This document shows, piece by piece, positions 42,741-55,440 of a stretch of DNA of 64,000 nt. Position 1 is the stretch's first letter, and every line of letters starts with the position of its first letter. Position numbers and translations under genes: made by a program. The notes beneath the pieces are model-generated. The model did not search any database. It was not told the origin of the DNA and saw only the letters and a list, made by a program, of their open reading frames with translations. The DNA is from the human T2T-CHM13v2.0 reference genome, Homo sapiens: the NCBI RefSeq assembly GCF_009914755.1, contig NC_060933.1. One strand, 5' to 3'.

Positions 42741-43908
42741 CTGCTCTCACTCTCCCAAGACACTGGTTTCTGTTTGGGAACAGATCCCTTCTTGGATCCA
42801 CGCTGCTTCTGTGATTCTGAACAAGCCACCCATCTCCTGGAGTCTCAGTTCTCCCTTCTGTATAATGGCCTTTAAAGCCTGGTGGAGTGTTGGGGGCACG
42901 GGAGATAATACTGAGGAAAATCACGCTCTCTCTTAAGTAGAAACCGAATTTCACTTTTAGTTTACAATGCTCAGAATAATCTGGGCCAAATGTGCAAAGC
43001 CAAGTAAGAGCTGAGTGGCTACTCACACACAGAATATATGTTTATACACATACACATAATGTTTTTAGCATACCAGGACTGCTTAGACGTCTTTAAAGAG
43101 AACACTAGCCCAGGTCCTTCTCCAGGGAGGCGACTGTCTCCAGCAGGACTTTTTCTCCCCTCTACTGAGGCCACCTACCTGTCTTAAGCCCCCAGACCCC
43201 ATCCGTTCTGGGGTTCCCCTGCAATCCAGAGCCAGGCTGAGGTGGTATGCGGGAAGATCTCCCTTTGGAAAATGTTTCTGGATAATTTCCCAACTCCTTG
43301 ACCATGTTCTCCCCACCTCACCCACATTCAGATAACACAGGTTCTAAGGCTCCTTCACTCCTCCACCCCTGGGGGATACTCCTTGGGCCTGGCCCTGTGG
43401 AGGGGCTGGGAGGTGGGATCCAGAACCAATTGCAATTCTGAACGCACACCCAGCCGCCTCCTCACTCCCTTTTAACCTTTCCCTCTAGTCAGAAGCCAAA
43501 TTGAGATAGTCTTGAGTTTTGATTTAATTCCTGAAATGGAGTCATAATCTGCTTAGTGTCCTTTCTCCCGAGTCCTAGATACTGAAGTGTGTGTGTCTGT
43601 CAGGGGGAGTTAAAAGAGCAGCTCTGTGACCTTTGGAGGACCCTCACACTCACTCACCTCCCAAACACCACCAAAGAGCAGGAGACGCCATGGCACTGAG
43701 TTGCTGGGTAGTATGATGATGGTACTGACAACTCACATTTACTAGGCACTTACCACATGCCAGTACTGAGACAGGCACTATACACGCATTTCTCACTTAA
43801 TTCTCACAACTACCTTTCAGGTAGGTACCATTCATATCCCCAACTTACAGATGAAGAAACTGAGGCTTAGCGAGGTTAAGCAGTTTATGTTCCATCCTGC
43901 AGTGATCA

Positions 43909-44323
43909 CAGACGGTCCTCGACTTATGATGCTTTGACTTACAATTTCTCAGCTTTATGATGATGCCGAAGTGATATGCATTCATTAGATACTGTACTTC
44001 TAATACTCATACAACCGCTCTGTTTTTCACTTTCAGTACAGTATATTATAACATGTTGAATCTCATGTTGAATACATGAGATGAATAAATATCTCATGTT
44101 GAATACATGAGATATTCAACACTTTTTTATAAAATAGGCTTTGTGCTAGATGATCTTGCCCAACTGTAGGCTGATGAACGTGTCCTGAGCACTTTAAGGT
44201 AAGCGAGGCTGAACTATGATGTTTGGTGGGTTAGGTGTATGAAATGCATATCCACCTTACAATATTTTCAGCTTGCTACAGCTTTATCGGGACACAGCCT
44301 CATCGTAAGTCAAGGAGAGTCTA
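43909..44323 (-). mobile_element. MER47A (TcMar-Tigger MITE) inserted in a MIR
   Basis: TIRs 'cagacggtcctcgacttatgatg' and 'catcgtaagtcaaggagagtct'; body matches MER47A as recalled. Confidence 0.85.
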
Positions 44324-45635
44324 TTATTAAGCGGCAGAGCCCAAATTTGAAACTACACAGTCAGACTGCAGAGCCTGTGCTCTTAACCACTTAGTTGTGT
44401 GACACCTGGCAGGGTATTTAACTTCTGCACGCCCTGTTCCCTCATTTGCAAAACACAGATAAGTAGGGATGATAAGACATTCCCTTCAAAGAATTATGTT
44501 GATTAATTGAGCTAAGGCATTCACCATACTCACAGTAAGCATTCAGTAGTTTAGGTGCCCTACACATTGGAGCAGGGTTGAGGAAGGGAAAGAGTACAAT
44601 CCAATGGGCTATTAATTGTTCATTGTTACTGTTGATAATAATAGTTATCATGCATTGAGAGCCAACTGAGCATAGGCCACCCTACAAGGTTAAAATTATG
44701 TCTGTTTTACAGATGAAGAAACTGAGTTTCACATAAATTATGTAAATTACCTAAAGCTATCCAGTTAATAAGTGACAGAACAGAGCTCTTGTTTAAACAC
44801 TGGGCCCTTGACTCCAAAGCCTGCAGTTCCCAGCACCCCCAGGGTCACCAAAACCTGGCCTCTCCTGGGAGAGGTCAGGGCTGAGGCCAACAAGCCCAAG
44901 TCACACCCTTTACCACCTGGGACCTGATTTTCTCCAGGTGAGCAATGTTTTCTTAAAAGAACAGGAGGACAGTAAATAATTAACCAAGACAGTTTCTCCC
45001 TCCCTGAAGCCAAGGTAGAACCTCCCCACTACAGCCAACCCCCACTCTCCTCACTCCTGTTTCCTCTGTGCTCAAGTTTGTGGCCATTAAATAGAAGAGG
45101 AGAAAGTTTGAGCCAGGCATGAAATATTTATCAGTTAATTACAATATGCAGATTCTGTTCCTAGGGGTGATTTATCTTTTTGGAAATATAGGAAAAGATC
45201 CTGGAAACTTGTATCCTAATCGCTCGGCCTATTATTGTAGCAACCAGGTAGAAACTCCATTTACTATGTAACTACAAATTTTCCCACTACTGGAGGTATC
45301 TGCCTCTGCTTCTATCACTGGTGGTCTGGGGAAAATATGCTTTTCTGATAAGAGATGAGCCTCTTAGAGGTCAATTTGTCAATTCCTCTGTCTCCTCTTT
45401 GGGTGGCCTCTTTGTAAATTCTAATAGCTACAGGAAATGAAAAGGGTGAGAGTCTCTGAAATTCTGGGATCTCAAGAGAAGCTAATTCTAAGTGAAAACC
45501 TCCCCGACTGAAGCAGTGCCACTGGTGAGGGGATGTCCAAGGTTGAGAAGCAGCTCTCAGCTGAGCATCCCTCCCCTCCCTTGCTCTGGCAGAAGTGTCA
45601 GCCCTCCCCCTTATCTCTTGTATTATTTCCTAGGG

Positions 45636-46125
45636 CCTGCATCTCAATCTCTGGCTACACATTAGCAACCTGGGGAGTTTTAAAAATCCAGATGCCCAGG
45701 CCCTACTACAGGCCAAACAAATTGGAATCCCTGGAGGTGGGACCCAGGCATCAGTATTTTAAAAAAAACTTGTGGCTGGGTATGGTGGCTCACACCTGTA
45801 ATCCCAGCACGTTGGGAGGCCGAGGCGGGTGGATTACCTGAGGTGAGGAGTTTGAGACCAGCCTGGCAAACATGGTGAAACCCCGTCTCTATTAAAAATA
45901 CAAAAATTAGCTGGGCATGGTTGCAAACACCTGTAATCCCAGCTACTCGGGAGGCTGAGGAAGGGATAATTGCTTGAACCCAGGAGGCAGTGGTTGTAGT
46001 GAGCCGAGATGTGCCACTGCACTCTAGCCTGGGCGACAAGAGCAAGACACCATCTCAAAAACAAAAATGAACAAACAAAAAAACTCGCTGGGGGTTCCAA
46101 TGTGCAGTGAAAGTTGAGACCCTCT
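45636..46125. mobile_element. MER5-type MITE split by an Alu
   Basis: 'aacctggggagttttaaaaatccagatgcccaggccc' resumes after the Alu as 'ttccaatgtgcagtgaaagttgaga'. Confidence 0.65.
45774..46083 (+). mobile_element. AluS
   Basis: Full dimer; TSD aaaaaaact(t/c)g. Confidence 0.92.
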
Positions 46126-49100
46126 AGAGCTAATAGAAGAGTATCACTGCCTGGTAAATGGGCCCTGCTTATCTGCAAGACTGTGTAATTTTTATCCCTC
46201 CCTCTCTGGTGCTGGAGGAGGCAATTCCTTCACTTTTTAGAATCTGAAGAACATCTCTCTTTCTTCACAAGAAGCTTGTAACACAATAACTACCACTTAT
46301 CAAGCCCCTGCTGAATGCTTGGATCTATGCACATAAAATTCAATCTGATCTACAGAACAACTCTATAAGGTCAGTGGGTATGTCTATTTTATGGATGGCT
46401 CAGAGAGGTTAAGTAATTTGCCCAAGTTTGTACAACTAGCAAGTGTCAGATCAGGGACTTGAATCACAAACCCATGCTTTTAACCCCTGTGGTACACTGC
46501 CTCTCACTTTCTCAGGGCCAGAAGGGAAGGGCTTCAGGTCAACCATATGAAGTGCCTACGGAATGTCTTGGGGAAGGAAAGAAGAGAGAAGCAAGGAGAA
46601 GTATAGGGAAGCAGACAAGGGCTACAGATGCATAGGGCATGGAGGGCAGAATGGTGGCTGGGAAAGACTGAAGAGGGTTTGTAGGGCTAAGAGGAGGTAC
46701 CTGAAGGAGGGTGTGGTAAGCCAACACGTGCATGGGAAGGGGGCAGTGGCTATGGAGATAGCTGGGGAGTGGGGGAATGGGGTCCAGGAGTGGGTGCCGG
46801 CAGTTGGAACATCCAGAACAGTGAGCAGTGCCCATCGTGGACTGGGTGGTTGGGGAGTGGGAGGGACCTCGTGTCAGAGGAGGGGTCTTTGTGAGCATGA
46901 AGTAGTGAGGAATGCTCCACCATGAATACTAAGGGCAAGAAGAGAAAGGGCCAGAGGGGAATGGGTGATGTTTAGCTGCTGGGGTGATTAATGGGGGTGA
47001 ACGGAGGGTGAAACTCAAGCCCTTCCAATGAAGATGGTGGGGAATGGTTGTCCAAGAACAACAGTGCACTGTTTCAAGGAGAAAGCCAATGTCCAGGGGA
47101 GGGGTGGCTGAGAAGGACGCTAGGCACAGTTGCTCCTTCCCTTTTTTCCCAAGTTCTCTTTATTTACCACCAAACAGTAAATTAAACTATATTAGCCAGT
47201 TCCAGGGGACCCTCTGAATGGGCTTCCTACCTGTCTCGTGGCTTGGAAGAGACCAAGGAATGTTGGCGTGGCTTGGAGAAAGAGTGAGTGAGGTCTGGGC
47301 TGAAAGTTGAGATGACTCCATGGACCACCCCCTCGTGGGGCACAAAATGGTGATGTGCTGGCAAGAGCCACTGGCTCCCTCTGGACCAGACAGGCACTGA
47401 GAGATACATGGGTGTTGGGCCCTCAGGTGTCCTGTAGAAAGTGGTAGTGTTCTTAGAGCAGTTTTTAGAGCAGCCCCTTGGCCTCAGGGAGGGACACAGG
47501 GCTCCTTTTCTGTGAGAGAGAGAGAGTTGGGGGAACAAGGAGAGAGGGCTTCCCATGGCTCTGGTTTCAGGGTGTTGACCTGGGTTTGAAGAATGGAGAT
47601 AAACCTTGTGGGAAATAACAGGTTTAAGCCACTCTCCCCTCATTTCCTACTTCTGTCTCTTCCTCTAGGTACAGCTGTTGGGAGCTGCTTCTCCCGCCCT
47701 CAATCTCCCTGTCTGTGGTTCCAGAGGGAAGAAGAGGGGGAAAAAAAGGATGAAGAGAACTGTTTCAGTGCTGGGGGAGGTGAGCTTATAGCAGGGATTT
47801 AGATGGGAAATACCTCATGGGATAGGAGCAGTTTTCTCCCTCTCCAGGCCTCTCACAGATGTGAAACAACTGGCAGATCTGACTTTCCCACCCCTAACCA
47901 TTGGAGGGGATGATGTGTCTTGAAACCTGTGCTTCTCGATTGAGAGGCTGGTGGGGGAAGAGAGGTCAGGAAAAGGGGCCAGATGTGTGTTCAGGGGTCC
48001 CCAGGGAGTTGAGGGAGACTAGCATCTCCTTAGGGTAAGGAAGGCAAAATGCCCATTCCTGATCCCAGATTGCTTGGATACTGTGCCTGGGAGTCCTCCT
48101 ACCTCACCTTAATTCCTGTCTCCACACACAGCTTGGCCAAGTTTCTTCCCCTGTTGGAGTCTCACTCCCAATCCCCTACTCTATCTCTCCAGGAGCCTAC
48201 AAAGCACTTTGAAATCCAAAGTTTGTGGGAGGTGGCTCTATCGCACAAATACTCTGAGGTGCAACATGACTTGACTGGTAATGAGGCAACCATCCCACCT
48301 AGGGCAGAGTTCAAGGACTGCCTTCAAGAGGGGCTGGCCTCAGTTTGCCTGTTACAGAAACCACGGGCTAATAGAGGCTGCCCTCTGCCTCACAAAGAAG
48401 GAGATAAATGGGTCCACTGGAGAGCAATGGTCACAATCAAGTCTTAATGATGAATTAATAATTCATAATTACCCCAGACTTGCAGATAAGCACAAGCCCA
48501 CTGGAATTATTTCCCAGGGAGGAACACAGTCAGAAAGTGTGAGAAGGGGACTTCAGTACAGACATTACTTCCAGAGGCCATTAAGTTCATCCCTCTGCTT
48601 CCAAACCAGAACCTGGAAGACATTCATTAGCTTCCTTGGCTGATTCCTCCTAACAGCTACCACCCCCTGAGCTTCTAAACAGTGCCATATTGCCCCTCTG
48701 TTCTTCATAAGGCCAGAGGACCATTCCTGCCAAAGTGACCTCAGAACCTGGACTCTGGATTTCTGGGGTCTCTCTGTTCTCTGCTCCCCATTCTGCTATT
48801 TACATATGAGGTCCCCTGTAGGAGGGCCTGGTGCTAGGTGTCCCGGCGAGATGTGGACATCTTTCTGGCTCTTCTCCTTCTCTTATCTAAGTCCTCACAT
48901 GGTGGGGAAATACCTCTCTAATGCTATGTAGAAAGAGAAGGAGGGAGTGCCCCTTCTAGCGTGGATGCCTTTGGTTCCCAGATCTGGATTTGAGGGGCTG
49001 GCTCTATCTCTTAAGAAGACATTTACCTAGCGTTGGTAATGGAGATGGGGCCTTAATAGGGCTAGGGAGGCACACCCAACTCCAGACCCAGCTCTCTGCT

Positions 49101-49597
49101 GTTCCCCTTCCCAGTGCACACAATCCCAATTCCCACTCCAGAAAATTTTAAAAAAACATATCTTAAAAAAAAACCTCGAAAAGCCAAGCAGATCCTCAGT
49201 TTCAAGGTATCTCCTCATTCTCTCTCTCTCTCTCTCTGTCTCTCTGAATCTACAAAGAAGGAGTGAGTTTTGTCTCTCCAAGTACTCAGAGCCTTAGATC
49301 ACAAAGGGGCCTTAGATCCTGGTCTTGGGGAGATCTTTGACCACCACCTCTGCTGTGGCACGACCATTGTCAAAATGCTAGAAAGAAGAGAGACTGGCTC
49401 TTAGACCAAGGGAATTTGGGATTTGAAAGGACTTCCATTTCCAGTTCTATAGATTTCCTTCCCATTAGCCTCTTCATGTGCATCAAATGTAAATGGCAGG
49501 CTAAACTTACAGGATGAAGAGAGTTGAAAGACTGCTGCCTAAAAATGCCCTTTTCCAAATCTGTGGGTTCAGAAGCACATTGAAAAGCAGGTACCCA

Positions 49598-49764
<167 letters not shown>

Positions 49765-50245
49765 TTACCCAGGTAAGGTGGATGATCAAGTACACCCAGT
49801 GAGAAGCACACAAACCTTACCCTTTACCCAAACTCTCTCCCTTACCTGTCCCATTTCCGGTCTCTAGAGGAGGATCAGTTAGGGGGTGTGACCCAAGTTA
49901 CCCAGATAATTAACTGTGGAAGCACGATTTTTTTTCACTCCTTTGGCCTCTAAATATGAGAGATCTTTACATCTCTTGCCTAGCTCCCTCTTATTCTCTA
50001 CCCTCTCCCCAACACGCACGCAAATCCTAACAACAAAAAATCCTAAATATAGGAAGACAAACCTTCCTGACCTACCATTTTGGCCCACCTGCAACCCCTG
50101 TCCCCCGCCCCTCCCCAATTTTTTTCTCTCCTGAGCCTCTGCTCTTCGCTTCTAAAATAAAAAAAAAGAAGAAGAAGGAATTTTCAATAGTCCAACTTGT
50201 CAAGCGAAGACCATCTTTTAACCTTCAACAGCAGCGAAAGCCATG

Positions 50246-50262
50246 TGAACTCTTGGTGAACC
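50246..50262 (-). promoter_or_regulatory. DR5 retinoic acid response element
   Basis: Minus strand GGTTCA-ccaag-AGTTCA; same half-sites and spacing as the RARB2/Hoxa1 DR5. Confidence 0.7.
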
Positions 50263-50279
50263 AAGATTGAAGTCATAAA

Positions 50280-51340
50280 TCACGTGTACAAAGGCGGCTG
50301 CGGAGGCTGGCGCGGGCTGCTTCACCTTTAATGCTTTCTGGGGCTGACAGGCAGCGGCCCAGCTAAAGTTCACAGTGCCCGGGGAGGGCCCGCCTCCGCC
50401 TCACCTCCCCCAGCCTGGCCTGGGCCCATGGCCCCGGACCGGTCAGCCGCGCGGCCGCCTGAGCTGCGAGCTGAGGAGGCCCCTTGGCTGTTCCCGCAAA
50501 GGGCCGGGGGGCGCATTTTCTCTCCTGCCAGCGAGCTCCATCCTGGTCCTTCCCTCACCCCCCACCCCCACAGCCTGCTGTATGTAAATAGGGAAATAGA
50601 TCTACACGGACACAATAATTTAGCTTGGTTGGTCTTTGGCATTTTCTACAAGACCCCAAGAGATGGACTTTCCTCTCCCCTTCCTCCGTTTAGAAATGGC
50701 ATCCTTCATCTCTGTCTATGCAGGCCCAATTATCCAGATCCTCAGGGCTCCAATAGGGTCTGAGTCATTGGAACCAGGAACACCTGGCTGAAACATGCCA
50801 CATAATTAGATTTTCTTTTTATTTACCTTTTCTTTCTTATTTTTATAAGAGGTCCGGAATTAGCCTCTTCGACTGGGGTGGAGTAGCTGGGGTGTGGGAA
50901 AGGAACACCTTCATACAACTTCCAGCTTTCAGCCCCTTGGAGAGATTTCCAATTTCCCCGAAGCCGCTAGGATTTCCTTTCCTCGATCTCTTGGCCACCT
51001 CCTCCTCCTTCTCCGATCTTTTTTTTTTCCCTCCTCCCACTGTCTTCTCTACGGTTTAATCAAAGTTCAGCGACTCCACTTGCCTCTCCTCTCATTTCTT
51101 TCGGAAAGCGGAAACCAGACGACCCAGCGGCCATGGGACGAGTCGCCCCAACTCAACCCCAACAGGACGCTGGAGGGGCCTCCCTTGCCCACCTCTCTTC
51201 GCTGGCACTGGCCTCCCGCACCCGGGTCTGCAGTCCCTCCGCCATCTCACAGGTGTGCAGCCGCTAGGCCTGGGGGATCCGAATGACTGGGGCTGGATAG
51301 GAATGCCTTCGTGTTTCCCAAGACCCCGGGGCCTGCTCCA
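50280..51340. promoter_or_regulatory. CpG-rich promoter-like region
   Basis: CpG-dense blocks at 50280-50540 and 51060-51340; GC boxes. Confidence 0.65.
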
Positions 51341-53239
51341 CAAAGTTTGAAGGGTGGGTACACCTCAACCCAGGCAAGTTGCTCCCCCAAACCCATGACT
51401 GACTAATCTGATATGACAAAAGCCCATGATGGATTTGGTATATGTTAATTCACAATGCCTTTTCCTCCAGAATTTAACTATAAGTTAATACACACCGGAA
51501 ACCACGCGCATACACGCTCCTTAATGGGCTTAGGTATTAGCGAGTCCTAACGATGCATACAAATGTGCTCTGCGCTCTGTAGACCCCTCAAGATTTATGG
51601 GCCTTGAGCTCTCTGAAGCTGTAAACAAGGAGAAAAAAAAAAGAGAAAGTGAAAGCGACTGGGGGGAAGAGACAGAGGCCTGACTCGCCCCTCTAGGTTT
51701 TGGAGAGAAGGGATTCTTTATGTATTTTCCTTTCCTTGCAAGCTCGGTGCGTGTGCGTTTTGGCGTTGGTCTGGGGGTGGTGTTCTGCCTGAATGCTGGT
51801 GTGCGTGGGCAGTGTGTTATTTGCGTGCTGGGGTAGGATGCCTGCCTCTTCGGATTCCTGTGCAGGGGCCTGAACACAGCAGGCATTTGTGAGCATATAT
51901 GCGTGAGTGTGCACTGTGTTAGGGTGTGTGGGTGTGTATGTGTGTGTGTGTGAGAGACAGACAGAGAGGGAGAGGCAGGCTTCCCCCTGGGCCAGGCTGC
52001 TGTCCCTTGAACGGTGGTGAACAAATCTCTAACGACAATCATAATAACAATAAATAATGAATAATAATAATAAAACAGTAGTTAACAGTCCCTCCATAAC
52101 AGAATAACAATAAAATGCAAGAGGAAATATTTTGAGGTGGAGACAGAAGGAGTCAGGATCACAGCATCTGAGGGGGAGATAGGAAAGGAAGGGAGGAAGA
52201 AAGCTTCTTAATATGCTCTTGGCGGGGCTGGGGTTGGTAAACCCTTTCCCAGACAAGGGACGGAAGAGGGGAAGGAGAGCCAGGAGGCCACTCTTTATTG
52301 CTTTTTTTTCTCAGGCTTTTGCTTTGTGTGATCAGGGAAGGGATCCCACATATGGGAATGGTTAATGGATTTTGGGACTCTCTAGGAGCCCCTGTTTTAA
52401 GAAGGAGGCCAAATGTGCAGGCTCAGGCCAAGCGCCAGAGATGAATGGGGTGATGACCACAGCCTTGATCCGGCAGGAGCTCAGAGATGCCCGGGAAGAT
52501 GGGGTGCCCGAACAGAAGCAGAAAAACACTTGTGGCCGCTGGGAAGTTGGGAGAGCCAGGCTGGGGCTCCGGCAGGCCCAGGGAAAGTTCCCTTTCTAGG
52601 CTCTTTATTAAAAAATTTAAAAGGAGGAGTTGAGGCGCCTTGAATTTTCCTTCGTGAGTTTGGAGACCAGCCGATTTTTCATGAAGCTAGCAAAGACTGC
52701 GGTCCTGGATCCTGCAACATATACCTCATTTTCTCCAGGTACAGTTTTCTGGTCATTTAATTAGTTTGTTTTCTTGAGGGAGATGGGAATCAAAGGCGTA
52801 GAAATAGTAAGTTTGCTAGAGAGGAAGCCACCCCACAGTTTCGAGTCTAACGAAATCCCTCCTTTAAAAACATTTGTACCCCCAATAAAAACAAAATTAA
52901 ATAGGAATATAGAAACACAAATTAGCCAACTTTTTTAAAAGAGAAAAAAGAAAAGGAAATCATCGTAACAAATGAGCGTGAGAACTTCTAAAAAATTTGT
53001 CACGAACCCTTTCAGAGGTCTGGATTCTTTTTCAGTAGCCGGTGACCCATTTGGTCTGAAAAGAGAAATACACTATCCACTGAGTCACTTATTTAAAGCC
53101 AACACACACACATACACACACACACACACACAAACACACGCATTCAGAAAGCCCTGGGTGCACTCGTATTTGAAAACAACAGCGGGTGGAGGACGCTGTG
53201 ATACCTAATTGGACAAAACAGCAATAAAATAAGACCAGT

Positions 53240-53470
53240 GGAAGTGCTGAGCACAGGGCGCAGGGCTAGGGCCCGGGTTTTGTGTTCCAGGCCACCGGCG
53301 AGGCAGCGGCCCCGGGCGATGGGGGGCCGGGCGGTCAGACACCGGCTGGCGACTCTGCTCAGCCTCCACAGCCCAGCCTGCAGCCCCTTTCCCCCAGCCT
53401 CTGGGCCTCGTGGGCTCTCTCCGCTCCGACGCCTGTTCGGGGCTTCCCTGTTGAGAGGGTTTTAGGCCGA
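53240..53470. promoter_or_regulatory. Small CpG island
   Basis: High GC/CpG, next to an (AC)n tract at 53102-53140. Confidence 0.55.
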
Positions 53471-55416
53471 AGGGCCAAACGACTCAAGCCAGACTCTACT
53501 TTTTCATTTTTCTCCCTTAGGCCTCTCCACTTGCTCGAGCTCTCAGCCACCAGGAGACAGACGGAAGGGGCTTCTGGGCTGTGTTGGGAGCGGGCACTGT
53601 CCCCTACCCACTCCTGCACAGTTTCCCAAAGTCCAGCGACCTCCGACCCTCCTTGGGGGAAAAAATACCAGTACCCAGACAACTCTGCATCCTGTTATAT
53701 GACTGGGCTTGCTTCAGGAATATCTTACAAAGAAGAAGAAGAAGAAGGAAGAGGAGGAACGGCTTGGAGTCATGTTTACATCTAGTTCTACTGATCCGTT
53801 CACATCTGGAGAGTTTATTTATAACTCCCTCTATAACTCTCTGTTTGGAGGCACTGGTGGCTCTACTGACAGACTGATGTCTAGGAAATATTGCTCTATG
53901 TCTAACCGTACCTAAATGTGCTGTGGTTGTATTTACAGATTTACGTTTGAGGGAAATATAATTATTTCCATTGTATTTGTGCATATACAGTAGTTATAGG
54001 AGCAGATTTATATATGGGAAAATATACGACTCTCTTACAGCCATCCGGCTTTATGTACATTTGATATCCTGACAGATTTATATCTCTGAACAGCTATATA
54101 GATAAAAACGTATATCGTTAGAATTATGTATCAGGAGATATATACTTATTGATTGTGAAATAGAGTAGTTAGAGCATTCACTTAGAGCCATATATGGCTA
54201 TGGAGATATTTCTATATTATTATCACTATATATAGGCATATCTATTTATAACTGCATAGTTATAAAAATAGACATAATTATAGTCCTATATGTGCATGCT
54301 TCAATCTCTCTCTAGAGTTATAGACACTATCAAATATAACTCTATAGAGAGATCTGTATGTATATAAGGTGTAATTATCTTGTGATGTGTTTACGTTGGG
54401 ACTTAGGCCCGTCTGTCTAGAACAGACATATTTATATGTAGGTGCTGGGAGAGACTTATTCACAGATATCTGCAGAGGACCAACTGGGAACACTGTATCT
54501 GCCCTCTAGGAAACCAGCTAGGAGAGTTGTGTACTTATGGAGGGATGGAGTTACAAAAGGGTAAATAGAGCTCAGGGAGCCTTAAGGAGGGGGTGTGAAT
54601 GGAGGGTGGGTGGGCTCAGTTTGAACAGATAGTGGGAGGAAAGGGGTAAACACCAGCACCCACCAGAAGGTGAGAACCAGTTTTGTGAGGGGCTGGTGCA
54701 GACAACTGTGGACAAGGAGCTTGTAAAATGAGAAGCGGCTAACAGTCCTGCCACATCACCCTGAGACTCTCCACCGAGGAAGCAGCCTTTAGTTTGGCTT
54801 TTAGTGCACTGTAGGATACGGACTGTCGTGTCACTCCTGTAGTCCTACAGCGTTTCTCTTGAACCCTAATTTTTAGGTCTCAAACAGCGGGCTTCAGAGA
54901 TAAAGAGGTTTAGGCAGGGGCAGGGCGAGGAGCATGGGGTGTACTTTCGCTTTCCAATAAGTGAGGTAATCCAGGAAAGTGAGTTAATTTGGCCAAATAA
55001 AGCTTGTTTTTATGTGGGCCTCCTGTGCCCTGGTGGGGTTGTAGGATGGGACCAGAATCTGGTGGACTGAGGAGTGAATTTCCAAGTATTGGGCCTGCTC
55101 TGATGGGGGCTTGGAGAGGTAGTCCTCCCCACCCGCCCTCCTTCTCTGAGGCCTCAGTGGCTTAATTCCCTCTGGGCACAGAGGGACTCCTTCAGCTCCC
55201 TAACAGTGCTGCCCTGGGTCTTTTCAGGGAGAATTTGACTTTAGGAACAGGGAACATGGACTTACCCCACTAGATCTCACTTCTCCCACTCACAGCTACA
55301 CCACTCTTATGTCAGCCTCCTTCCAGGTGCCACTCGGCCAGGGGTCCACAGTTCTTCCCATGCTACCAACCAGCCCAGTGGGGAAATACCTCCCATGACT
55401 GCCAGTTTTTCTGTTT

Positions 55417-55440
55417 GTGTGTGTGTGTGTGTGTGTGTGT
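55417..55440. repeat. (GT)12 microsatellite
   Basis: Direct reading. Confidence 0.9.

Noticed and set aside
50762-50790. Minus-strand 'QV..WFQ' homeobox-like words
   Set aside because: Frameshifted, followed immediately by a stop, with no helix 1/2 similarity upstream.
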